Part shown: positions 17,719 through 26,354 of the stretch, piece by piece
How the letters are laid out: every line of letters begins with the position of its first letter
Position numbering within the stretch: position 1 is the stretch's first letter
Source of the DNA: Deltaproteobacteria bacterium
GTDB taxonomy: Bacteria; Myxococcota_A; Polyangia; Polyangiales; Houyiibacteriaceae
Assembly: GCA_034670305.1 (NCBI GenBank)
Contig: JAXMNT010000073.1
Span: forward strand, 1-28,322
Direction of reading: 5' to 3'
DNA: 28,322 bases
Translations under genes and position numbers: made by a program
Notes under the pieces: model-generated
What the model saw: only the letters and a program-made list of their open reading frames with translations
What the model was told of the DNA's origin: nothing
Database searches by the model: none

Positions 17719-18312
17719 TTGGACGGGCCTTGCGCCGTCTCTCCGGAGGTCCGAAGCTGGCGTGTGCTGAGGAAGCCAGGGTTCGTGCGGTCATCGCCCG
17801 ACTGTCAACAGGACCTGGATGCGTTCTGGCGCTCGCTCGCAGAGACCGATGCGTGGACCCGAGCCCATCGCAACATCGCGGAGCCCAAGTTCTGCTACCG
17901 GCGGGGTTCCATCGCGCCGCCGACCCTTCATTCGTCGTACTTCGCCGCCGTGGATTCGGTCGTCGGCTTGCGACATTGGGAGGTCCGCTCCCTGCCCGAT
18001 CACCCTCGTGCCACGGATGGGAGGCTGCTCGCGTACTTCCCTGACGCCGATCTCTTTGACGGCTGCGCCGCGCAGGAATCCAAGGGGTTCTTCGACGCGC
18101 ACAACGCGCCGCCGTGGGGGACGTGGGTCTGCATGTTCGAGGACCCAGTCAACGACCCATCGTACAGACGCTACCTCGTCGCCTGGATCCCGAACGCCTT
18201 CATCGAGCTCGCCGAGATCGGAATCCATGTGAACCCCGAGGAGTGCATCCAGTGGTTGAGCGACACGGAGACTCTGCTCGCGGAGATCATCGCACCGGTT
18301 GGGAGGACCTAG
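17719..18312 (+). CDS. Conserved hypothetical protein
   Basis: Motif-dense C-terminus GRLLAYFPD..LFDG.A...SKGFFD.HN.PPW.TWV..YLVAWIP...GI.VNPEECIQWL; start uncertain. Confidence 0.7.
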   Translation: MDGPCAVSPEVRSWRVLRKPGFVRSSPDCQQDLDAFWRSLAETDAWTRAHRNIAEPKFCYRRGSIAPPTLHSSYFAAVDSVVGLRHWEVRSLPDHPRATDGRLLAYFPDADLFDGCAAQESKGFFDAHNAPPWGTWVCMFEDPVNDPSYRRYLVAWIPNAFIELAEIGIHVNPEECIQWLSDTETLLAEIIAPVGRT

Positions 18313-18339
18313 CGCTGCATCGGCGTGCCCTGCAGCGCT

Positions 18340-18954
18340 TCACCCGAGCGCGTGGACGACCGCGACGAGGCGACGTACGCGGGCTTCGATCGCCTCGGGC
18401 GACCGGACGCGGCCCGACCACTGATCGCCGAGCGTCTGGCCGTCGGTCACCATGCTCCACTGCGCGCGGTCTTCGACCCAAGCGCGGACCGCGGCCTTCG
18501 CCGCAGGCTTGAAGAGCGGCGCGACCTGCGACGGATCCCCAGCGACGTAGACCACGGCATCGAAGTCCGCATCACCGCTCGAACACTGCTGGATGCCCAT
18601 CGCCTGCCGCTCCGCCTCCCACTGCGCCTGCTTGGCGGGTCGGATCACGAGGTTCGCGCCGAGGGGCACCGGCCAACGAAACTCCACGCGGCACTTGTTG
18701 CCCGCCGTCTCCCCGAGGCCGGCACCGCTCCACACCTGGTTGGTGATGCGAAACGAGATGCCCTCGAACACGCCCTCCACGGTCGTCACCCCATCGACCG
18801 TGGAAGCCGTCAGTCCATGACGGGACGCGAACGCTTCGAGCGTGGCTTGGTTCTTCTTTCGGTTCCGCGGAATGATTCGGATGAGGAAGAACACGGCGGG
18901 GAACACCACGATGGCGAGCCCGACGATCAGATAGACAGCCTCAGGATTCTGCAT
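18340..18954 (-). CDS. Hypothetical single-pass membrane protein
   Basis: N-terminal TM followed by a basic stretch, FA.RHGL and SGDADFDAVVYV motifs. Confidence 0.75.
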   Translation of the reverse strand: MQNPEAVYLIVGLAIVVFPAVFFLIRIIPRNRKKNQATLEAFASRHGLTASTVDGVTTVEGVFEGISFRITNQVWSGAGLGETAGNKCRVEFRWPVPLGANLVIRPAKQAQWEAERQAMGIQQCSSGDADFDAVVYVAGDPSQVAPLFKPAAKAAVRAWVEDRAQWSMVTDGQTLGDQWSGRVRSPEAIEARVRRLVAVVHALG

Positions 18955-19080
18955 TCAACCACTCCACCGCCCGGACCTTACCAGCCCATCCCGGATGCGA
19001 TCCGTGGGAGTGGTGGGGTCGCGCGTCCGCGAAGCGAGAGAAATGGGGCTGTTTGGGTGTTCGGGCGGTGTCGGCATCCC

Positions 19081-19163
19081 CGACTCAACGGAACGACTGT
19101 TCCGGCCGAGCAACGAGCCAGACGCGGCTGCGTCATCGGACCCATCGCGCGTTGAGTCGTCCA
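19081..19163 (+). other. Predicted multi-stem structured element closed by a 10-bp perfect inverted repeat and followed by T-CCA
   Basis: CGACTCAACG (19081-90) / CGTTGAGTCG (19150-59); inner hairpins GGAAC-gact-GTTCC and GACGC-ggct-GCGTC; TCCA at 19160-63. Function unknown. Confidence 0.4.
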
Positions 19164-19179
19164 CAGCTACGCTCCACCC

Positions 19180-19737
19180 GTGGATGAGCACACCGAGCTG
19201 CTCCACCTCCTCGCGGATCGACTCGAGGCGCTGGAGATCCCGTACATGGTGAGCGGTTCGGTGGCGCTCAACGTGTACGCCGAACCGCGCATGACGCGTG
19301 ACACGGACGTGGTGATCGCGCTGCACCGACCGCGGGTCGACGACTTCGTCGCGGCGTTCGCGCCAGACTTCTACTGCGATCGCAGCATGGTCGTGGAGGC
19401 AGTCGCCCGGAGCGACATGTTCAACGTCATCCACAACACCTGGATCGCCAAGGTCGACTTCATCATCCAGAAAGACTCACCCTACCGGCACGAAGAATTC
19501 GAGCGCCGTCGAATGATGCCCATCGAAGGACGGGAGGTGTCGATCGTGGCTCCCGAAGATCTCTTGCTGAGCAAGCTGGTGTGGAGTGGCGGCCAGTCCG
19601 AGTTGCAACTTCGGGATGTTCGTGGACTCATCCGCCACGTCGAGATCGACTGGGCGTACGTCGATCGCTGGGCCGACGGACTTGGCGTTGCGAAACTCGT
19701 TCAAGCCATCCGCAAAGGGCCCGCTGATGACCAATGA
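19180..19737 (+). CDS. Nucleotidyltransferase, MenT1/DUF6036-like putative toxin
   Basis: YMVSGSVA...EPRMTRDTDVV (GS + DxD), KVDFI, PEDLLLSKL, QLRDVR; same layout as M. tuberculosis MenT1. Confidence 0.82.
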   Translation: MDEHTELLHLLADRLEALEIPYMVSGSVALNVYAEPRMTRDTDVVIALHRPRVDDFVAAFAPDFYCDRSMVVEAVARSDMFNVIHNTWIAKVDFIIQKDSPYRHEEFERRRMMPIEGREVSIVAPEDLLLSKLVWSGGQSELQLRDVRGLIRHVEIDWAYVDRWADGLGVAKLVQAIRKGPADDQ

Positions 19738-19990
19738 CACCCATCCCGAGATCGCAGCGCGGTACCGCGCGATGATTCAGAAGCTCACTCCATCCGAGCG
19801 GGTCGCGATGGGTGGGCGCATGAACGCCGCCGCGCGAACACTTGCCCGAGCGGGCATCGTTGCCGAGCTCGGACCCGGTGCGACCGAAGCCCAGATCCGC
19901 GAGCGTCTGTTCCTGCGGTGGTATGGCGACCTGCCTGAGCCCCATCGCAGCCGCGCCCTCGCACAAGTCCTCGCTGCCACGCCCCGTTGA
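19727..19990 (+). CDS. Small helical partner protein, putative MenA1-like antitoxin
   Basis: 87 aa MTNDTHPEIAARYRAMIQKLTPSERVAMG..M..AARTLARAGI....PGATEAQIRERLFLRWYG; overlaps the NTase stop by 11 bp. Confidence 0.75.
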   Translation: MTNDTHPEIAARYRAMIQKLTPSERVAMGGRMNAAARTLARAGIVAELGPGATEAQIRERLFLRWYGDLPEPHRSRALAQVLAATPR

Positions 19991-20011
19991 CCACGCCCGC
20001 AAGGAACGCGG

Positions 20012-23000
20012 TCACACCTCGATGTCGAGCCGCTTCAGCTTCTTCTGCAGGCCGTAGCGGCTGACGCCGAGCAACTTGGCCGCCTTCGTTTGGTTGCCCT
20101 CCGTACGGGTCAGGGCGGCGCGGATGAGTTGGGTCTCCAGCGCATCCAAATGGGTGCGCAGATCGAGGGTGCCGTCGTTCGAAGGAGCGAGGGTCGGGGC
20201 TTCGCCGAGGTGGTCGACTTCCAGCCGGTCGCCGCAGACGAGCATCGCGCGCAACAGCTCGCTCTCGAGCTCGCGGACGTTGCCTGGCCACGACCGCGCG
20301 CACAGCGCGCTCATGGCCGCGGGCGCGATGCCAAGGTCACTCCGGCCGTGTCGATCGAGCAGGTGGCGGACGAGCGGCGCGATGTCCTCCACCCGCTCGC
20401 GGAGCGGGGGCACCTCGATCGTCACGACCGCGAGCCGGTAGTAGAGGTCTTCCCGAAACCTCCCCGCTTCGACCGCGTCCGAGAGCACCGCCCTCCCCGC
20501 GCCGACCACGCGTACGTCGACTTTCACCACCCGCTCGCCGCCGACCCGCCGCAACTCGCCTTGCTGCAGGACCCGCAAGAGTTTGGCTTGCATGGCGGCG
20601 CCCATCTCACCGATCTCGTCGAGAAAGAGCGTGCCTCCGTCGGCGAGCTCGAAGAGCCCTCGATGCCGCTGGACCGCGCCGCTGAACGCGCCCTTCTCGT
20701 GCCCAAAGAGCACGCTCTCGAGCAGCGTCTCGGGCAACGCCGCACACGACTCGGCGACGAAGGGGCCCGTGCTTCGATGGCTCTCATCGTGCAGGGCGCG
20801 CGCGATGCGTTCTTTGCCGACGCCGCTCTCGCCCTGAACGAGCACCGGCAGATCGGAGGGCGCGACGCGGCGCACGAGATCCATCACCGCCTTCATCTTC
20901 GCGCTCTCGACGACCAGCCCCTGGACGTCCTCGGCGCGGCGCACCCGAAGTTCTTCGCGCTGAACTTCGACCTGTCCTTCGAGCGAACGGCGCAGCGCCC
21001 GCAGGCTGCGCTCGGCGCGCCGACTCTTCCGCAACTCAAGCGCCCCTTCGAGCGCGATGGCGCCGATGTCGGCCAGATCGGAGAGGAGTGCGCAGTCGGT
21101 CGCATCGAACGCCGCGGGTCGCAGGCGGTCGTCGAGGTAGAGGACCCACTCGCTGCCGCCCGTCGCGTGGGCGAGCCGCGGCATGGGAACGGCGAGCACC
21201 GAACGCAACGCGAGCGCGTGCACGCTGCCGGCCTGACGAAGCCGCTCGTCTTCCAGCGCGTCCATGGTCGAGAGCGGTCCGCCCGCTTCCAGTGCCCGTG
21301 CGACCACCGAGCGCGACGGAACCTCCTCCGCACCGCGGGTGCTGGGCACCGCCGCGCGTACGACGAACTCCCCGAGCGGCGTGCGTTCGACCAAGAAGCC
21401 ACGGTCCGCGGCGACCAGTTCGATCGCTGCCGAGACCAGCGCCTTTCGAATCGCACTCGGACGGGTTTCGTCCGTGACCCGTTTCGCGTGGTGCAGGAGC
21501 CGCCGCCACCGCGCGCTGCCGTCATCAGCAGTGTCGCTCGTCGGTCGCACAGGCCATGCTCGACGGTACGCAGCCACGTCCCGCATCCGGGTGCGCGCGC
21601 CTGCGTCCAGCGTGCGGGCTGCAGAATCGAGGAGGCCACGCGCCTGCGCTGCGTAGCCATCCCCTCGCGCCACGTCACCAGCCGCGTCGGCGACCTCCGC
21701 CCCAAGAAGCGCAGCCCACAAGCGCTCCTCCCAGGTCCGATGCGAAGCGCCGAGCTCCAACAGGCGCCTCGAATCCGGCACCGCGCCTTCCGCGAGCTGA
21801 ACCCGAGCCGCGGCGTACCCGTAGGCGAACTCGGCTTCATCGGCCGGATCGAGTTCACCGAGCCGTCGCTGCGCTTGGGCGAGGTCGTGCGGCGCAATCA
21901 GCGCGATCCAGCGTGCCTCGAGACCGGCCTGGGTGAAACGATCCCCGCGACCCAACGCTTCCGCCACACGACCCCGGCGCAGCGACACCTCACCGCGGAG
22001 AAGCGCGCACAGTTCGAGGCACAGCGCATCGGCCGCACGCACCGCCGCTGCTTCCGCCGCGTCCAGCTGGACGGACACCGCGTCTTCGTCGCCGATGAGG
22101 AGCGAGAGGTTCGCGAGGTTGGCCAGCGTGCGCGCCGCGTCCCGATCGCGGCCGATGGCCATCAGCTCCGAGCCAGCCGTGCTGAGTTGCTGCTGCGCCG
22201 CGCCCAGGTCGCCCCGGTCGAGCGAGAGCGTGCCGCAGTTCGCGCTGGCCGAGGCCGCTAGGTGGGCTTCGCCGATCTGTTGCGCGAGGGCGCGGGCTTG
22301 GGTGTGTTGGGCAACCGAGCGCTCAAACATTCCGTCGGCCTGATCCACCGAACCGGCGGTGAGCAGAAGCCGTGCCCGCTGGTGGCGCGCCAGCCGGTCC
22401 GATCCCGCACACGCCGCCAGACCGACCTCGAGCGCAGCGCGCGCTGCCACGTGTTCTCCGCGTGTGAGATGCACCCAGGCCCGAAGCTCCGCTGCCACTG
22501 CGTCTTGGCAGGCCTCGATCCAGGGCGCCGCGTCTTGCGGGCGGTTGTCGCTCAAGGCCAGCCACGCACGCGTCGACGGCGCTGCTTCGGACTCGTGGAC
22601 CGGGTCCCCGAGCCGACGCGCGATCTCGGCGCGCAACGCTGAGGCCTCTGGAGACAACGCTCTGGGGCCAGCGACTTCACCAGACTCGAGCCAGCCGATC
22701 GCGCGGCGGTATGCGCCAAGCGCACGGGCCGCATCCGCGGCGGCCACGCGCAGTGCGTCGAGGTCTGCGAACAGGAGCGCATGCGCGGCAAGTGCTTGGG
22801 CCTGGCTTGGGTTGCCGGCTTCGCGGGCCAGCTCGATCGCGCCAAGCACCTCGGATGGGTCACGTTCGACGATCCACCGCGCCATCGCACACACCACCCG
22901 CCCCCCGGGGTCGTCCGCGTACGACTGCAAGAGCGTGCGGGCGCAGCGGACCCGCTCGGACGCAACCAGCCCCGCCACGAGGTCGCGCACGACGTCGTCG

Positions 23001-24550
23001 CGCAACCGAAGCTGCGGGCCGTCCAACACCGCCACCCCAGCGCGCAATAGTCGAAGGGCGCCAGGATCAACCCGATGGGCGGGCAACTCGAAGCCCAGGG
23101 CCAGGCTTTGGGCGACCTCCAGCAGGTCCGATGCGACCTGCGCGGTCTCCGTCGCCAGCCAACCTTCGACGACCCCAGGCCGGTTCGGATCCTCGCCCCG
23201 ATCGAGAGCGTCCGCGACCGCCCGGCACAGTCGTCCCGCCAACCGGCCGGTGGAACGCGCCACCCCCGCGGCGGAGACGCCGAGGTGGTTCGCCAGTCGC
23301 TCGAACGACGGCTCGTCGAGCGGCTCGACTTGCAAGTCTCCGTCGGCCGCTGCGGTCTGCAGTGCCACGGCGGTCCGGGTCCCCAGCGCGGCGAGCGAAA
23401 CGACGTCCGCGCCGCGCAAACGGTCCTCGAGATCGTCGGGCTCGGAGTCCTCGAAGTGATGCACCCCGCCCGGCACGATGTGATCGCGCGCAAACGTGGG
23501 AGGTACGCGACCGGCTGCCCGCGCGCGGGCCTGGACTCGGCCGATCGCCTCTTGGATGAGCCGTCCCCGACCCGACCCCTCCGGTCCACCGACGCGGACC
23601 ACGCCGCCCCGCTCCAACCGGTCGACCAGCGCATCGAGCAACTCGACGTCGCCCACCCACGGCGCGTGGCGGGCCGACATGGCGCGCTCCGCGTGGGTGC
23701 GGTCGCGGAGGACTTCGGTGCTGGCACTCAGCTCCACCTTCAACGAGCCAGCCAATGCTTCGAGGCGCAACAGCGCCTCGCGCATGGTCCCTGGCCGGTC
23801 TTCGATGCGCGGCGACACAAAGCTGCGGAGCACCCGCCCGAGCTCCGGGGGCACATCGGCTGAGAGTGGCCGGTTCTGCCAAACCGATGGGCCGGGCCCC
23901 GTGGAGGGTTCGGTGGCACCGATGCTGGAACCCGACTCGGTGCGTGCGGTGGCGAGCAAGTCGATCAACGTCGCACCCAGCGCGAACACGTCGGTCTGGA
24001 CACTGCGCACGCCGCGCCAGCCTTCAGGAGCAAGAAACCCAGGGGTGCCTCGAACGAGTCCGTCGATCACCGGCGGACCCGAGAGGCCGAGATCGATGAG
24101 CACGGGGGTGCCGTCCGAGCGCCGCATCACGTTGGACGGCTTGACGTCCCCATGCATCAGGCCTGCGGCGTGCAAGGCCTGGAGCGCGCGTGCGAGCTGG
24201 ACGCCGAGATCGAGCGCATCCGCCCAGTCGAGGTCGTCCACCAACTCGAGCGAACGGCCATCGACGAACTCCTGGATGAGCAACGCGCCGGCGGCCAAGT
24301 GGAACGGAGCGCCGAGCGGGCGAGCCATCGTGCAGAGTTCGTACACCTTGGCGAGGTTTGGGTGGGCGACGGCTTCGAGCGCCCGGAGTTCGATCTCGAG
24401 CAAACCGAGGGACTCGGTGGGCACCGACTTGGCCGCGAACAGTGTGCCCGACCGATGATCGCGCACCAGCAGCACCCGTGCAGAGGCCCCACGCCCGAGC
24501 TCGCGCACATACTCGTAGCGCTTCGCCAGAAGTGTCAACTTGGTTGGCAC
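20012..24550 (-). CDS. Ser/Thr kinase - degenerate P-loop - TPR-like - GAF - sigma54 AAA+ - Fis HTH transcriptional activator
   Basis: Kinase LGRGASARV, HGDVKPSN, DLG, GTPGFLAPE, DVFALG; GAF (LRSVLAVPM..VLYLD); AAA+ GESGVGKE, LFGHEKGAFSGA, LFLDE, FREDLYYRL, WPGNVREL; HTH GNQTKAAKLLGVSR. Start put at GTG 24550 because the track start (24742) overlaps the riboswitch. Confidence 0.92.
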   Translation of the reverse strand: MPTKLTLLAKRYEYVRELGRGASARVLLVRDHRSGTLFAAKSVPTESLGLLEIELRALEAVAHPNLAKVYELCTMARPLGAPFHLAAGALLIQEFVDGRSLELVDDLDWADALDLGVQLARALQALHAAGLMHGDVKPSNVMRRSDGTPVLIDLGLSGPPVIDGLVRGTPGFLAPEGWRGVRSVQTDVFALGATLIDLLATARTESGSSIGATEPSTGPGPSVWQNRPLSADVPPELGRVLRSFVSPRIEDRPGTMREALLRLEALAGSLKVELSASTEVLRDRTHAERAMSARHAPWVGDVELLDALVDRLERGGVVRVGGPEGSGRGRLIQEAIGRVQARARAAGRVPPTFARDHIVPGGVHHFEDSEPDDLEDRLRGADVVSLAALGTRTAVALQTAAADGDLQVEPLDEPSFERLANHLGVSAAGVARSTGRLAGRLCRAVADALDRGEDPNRPGVVEGWLATETAQVASDLLEVAQSLALGFELPAHRVDPGALRLLRAGVAVLDGPQLRLRDDVVRDLVAGLVASERVRCARTLLQSYADDPGGRVVCAMARWIVERDPSEVLGAIELAREAGNPSQAQALAAHALLFADLDALRVAAADAARALGAYRRAIGWLESGEVAGPRALSPEASALRAEIARRLGDPVHESEAAPSTRAWLALSDNRPQDAAPWIEACQDAVAAELRAWVHLTRGEHVAARAALEVGLAACAGSDRLARHQRARLLLTAGSVDQADGMFERSVAQHTQARALAQQIGEAHLAASASANCGTLSLDRGDLGAAQQQLSTAGSELMAIGRDRDAARTLANLANLSLLIGDEDAVSVQLDAAEAAAVRAADALCLELCALLRGEVSLRRGRVAEALGRGDRFTQAGLEARWIALIAPHDLAQAQRRLGELDPADEAEFAYGYAAARVQLAEGAVPDSRRLLELGASHRTWEERLWAALLGAEVADAAGDVARGDGYAAQARGLLDSAARTLDAGARTRMRDVAAYRRAWPVRPTSDTADDGSARWRRLLHHAKRVTDETRPSAIRKALVSAAIELVAADRGFLVERTPLGEFVVRAAVPSTRGAEEVPSRSVVARALEAGGPLSTMDALEDERLRQAGSVHALALRSVLAVPMPRLAHATGGSEWVLYLDDRLRPAAFDATDCALLSDLADIGAIALEGALELRKSRRAERSLRALRRSLEGQVEVQREELRVRRAEDVQGLVVESAKMKAVMDLVRRVAPSDLPVLVQGESGVGKERIARALHDESHRSTGPFVAESCAALPETLLESVLFGHEKGAFSGAVQRHRGLFELADGGTLFLDEIGEMGAAMQAKLLRVLQQGELRRVGGERVVKVDVRVVGAGRAVLSDAVEAGRFREDLYYRLAVVTIEVPPLRERVEDIAPLVRHLLDRHGRSDLGIAPAAMSALCARSWPGNVRELESELLRAMLVCGDRLEVDHLGEAPTLAPSNDGTLDLRTHLDALETQLIRAALTRTEGNQTKAAKLLGVSRYGLQKKLKRLDIEV

Positions 24551-24662
24551 ACGTCCAAGGCTAGTCGGGGCACCTGGTTTGATCCAGGTGTGATTTGGGG
24601 TGTCGACGGGGATCGACGCCATTCCGACACGGAAGGTTTCGCCAACCTCATTGGCGACTGGG

Positions 24663-24690
24663 TTGACTCGACCCCTTCCGGTTCTATGCT
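24663..24690 (+). promoter_or_regulatory. Putative sigma70 promoter of gdx
   Basis: TTGACT-N16-TATGCT ending 20 nt upstream of the riboswitch. Confidence 0.6.
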
Positions 24691-24710
24691 CGGCGCTGCC
24701 CATTGTGGGC

Positions 24711-24750
24711 CCTGACGAGGGCGACCCGTACCAGGTAGGCACGACGGGCC
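24711..24750 (+). promoter_or_regulatory. Guanidine-III (ykkC-III) riboswitch
   Basis: CCTG-ACGAGG-GCGA-CCCGT-A-CCAGG-T-AGG-CACG-ACGGG; pseudoknot pairings CCTG/CAGG and CCCGT/ACGGG with conserved ACGAGG; lies directly before RBS GGAGG (24753-57) of an SMR gene. Confidence 0.88.
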
Positions 24751-24765
24751 GTGGAGGTGGATTCC

Positions 24766-25194
24766 ATGGCGTGGTTCGTTCTTTTCATCGCGGGTGCACT
24801 CGAGGTCGCGTGGGCCTTGGGGCTCAAGTACACGGAAGGCTTCACCAAGCCCCTGCCGAGTCTGCTGACTGGTGGGGCAATCGTGGCGAGCATGCTGCTG
24901 CTCGCACACGCCAGCCGGACGCTTCCCATCGGCACCGCCTACGCGGTGTGGGTCGGGATCGGCGTGGTGGGCACCACGGTCGGGGGCATGTGGCTGTTCG
25001 ACGAAGCGATGCCGCCGCTTCGGGTGTTCTTGGTCGCGTTGCTCGTGGTGTGCATCGTCGGGCTGAAGGTCACCGCCGCACCTCTCACGTCCGCACCGGC
25101 TGAGGGCGCACCGGCTGAGGGCGCACCGGCTGAGGCGGGACCAGTTGGTGACGTTGCGGCTTCGGCGGAGACACCCGCTCGCGACGGTCAGTAG
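24766..25194 (+). CDS. sugE: SMR family guanidinium exporter Gdx (SugE) with low-complexity C-terminal extension
   Basis: MAWFVLFIAGALEVAWALGLKYTEGFT, PIGTAYAVWVGIG, 4 TMs; upstream guanidine riboswitch. Confidence 0.93.
   Translation: MAWFVLFIAGALEVAWALGLKYTEGFTKPLPSLLTGGAIVASMLLLAHASRTLPIGTAYAVWVGIGVVGTTVGGMWLFDEAMPPLRVFLVALLVVCIVGLKVTAAPLTSAPAEGAPAEGAPAEAGPVGDVAASAETPARDGQ
25093..25136 (+). repeat. 15-bp tandem repeat (GCACCGGCTGAGGGC) x ~3
   Basis: Read directly; encodes APAEG repeats in the Gdx tail. Confidence 0.9.
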
Positions 25195-26354
25195 ATCAGG
25201 TAGGGGCGGCGGACCTCGACGAAGCGGGCCGCGCCTTTTCGATCCGCGGCCAGGTAGTCCGTGAGGTCGGCCCCCTCGTTGACCAGCTGCCGGTACTCCG
25301 GGCCACCGGTGAGCATGTCGATCGCTGGTCGCCGGTCGTACTCGTAGGTCTCGGTCCGCCAGGGGTACTCGATGTCCTCACCAGGCAAACCGGCGGCGAT
25401 CCAACGCAGGTACGCCTGATAGCTCCGGAAGCGGGTCCGGTCGGTGACGTGGACCTGAACGCCGCGGCAGGCTTTGCCGGCGTGTTTCTGAAAGGTCGGC
25501 GTGAACCCGACTTGGCGCAGGTGCGCGCCGGGGACTTCGATCGCTCGAACTGCGTCCACGTCGAACGCTGGGCTGCCCCAGAGCTCGAACGGACGGGTCT
25601 GACCGCGCCCTTCGGACAGCGTGGTGCCTTCCACCAGACAGCCGCCTGGATACACGGTGGCGGTGTCCAGGGTGGGCATGTTCGGGGACGGCAGCACCCA
25701 GGGCAGTCCGGTCTGGTCGAACCACATCGAGCGCGCCCAGCCCTCCATCTTCACGACTTCCACCGACGCATCGATGCGGTCGCGTTTCATCGCGAGCCCG
25801 ATGAGCTCGCCGATGGTCATGCCGTGCCGCACCGAGATCTCGTGCAGGCCGACGAACGACCGAAACCCCGGGCGCTGCGGGCCGCCTTCGACGACTTCGC
25901 CACCGAGCGGGTTCGGGCGATCGAGCAGCACCACCGGGACCCCGACCCGCGCCGCCGCGCCGATCACGAACGCGGCCGTCCACACGTAGGTGTAGTAGCG
26001 CGCGCCGACGTCTTGCAGATCGATGACGACCGCGTCGAGCCCTTCGAAGTGTTCGGCGCGGGGATGCAGATCGGCCGCGTACTCCCCGTAGAGCGAGACG
26101 ATCTTGCGACCGTCCAGCATCGAGACTTCGTTGGCGCTGGTGGACACCGATTCCATGTCTTGCGCGGCGCCTGCCCAGCCGTGTTCGGGACCGAAGAGCG
26201 TGACGACCTCGGCGCGTTCGGAGACGACGTCGAGCGCGTGCGTGAAGGTCGCGTCGACGCTCGCGGCGTGCGCGAGCAGGCCGACCTTCTTGCCCGCGAT
26301 CGACGGGACCTCGCCCGCGCGCAACCGATCGAGCCCGGTGCGAACCCGGCTCAT
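25188..26354 (-). CDS. namZ: DUF1343 / NamZ family exo-beta-N-acetylmuramidase
   Basis: [63 protein letters not shown]. Confidence 0.9.
   Translation of the reverse strand: MSRVRTGLDRLRAGEVPSIAGKKVGLLAHAASVDATFTHALDVVSERAEVVTLFGPEHGWAGAAQDMESVSTSANEVSMLDGRKIVSLYGEYAADLHPRAEHFEGLDAVVIDLQDVGARYYTYVWTAAFVIGAAARVGVPVVLLDRPNPLGGEVVEGGPQRPGFRSFVGLHEISVRHGMTIGELIGLAMKRDRIDASVEVVKMEGWARSMWFDQTGLPWVLPSPNMPTLDTATVYPGGCLVEGTTLSEGRGQTRPFELWGSPAFDVDAVRAIEVPGAHLRQVGFTPTFQKHAGKACRGVQVHVTDRTRFRSYQAYLRWIAAGLPGEDIEYPWRTETYEYDRRPAIDMLTGGPEYRQLVNEGADLTDYLAADRKGAARFVEVRRPYLIY

Noticed and set aside
19081-19163. Canonical tRNA gene
   Set aside because: No GTTCRA T-loop, no D-loop GG and no 7-nt anticodon loop in register; kept only as a tRNA-like candidate.
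16740-20000. Integron cassette array
   Set aside because: Genes alternate in strand, no attC-like RYYYAAC...GTTRRRY sites were recognised and there is no integrase.
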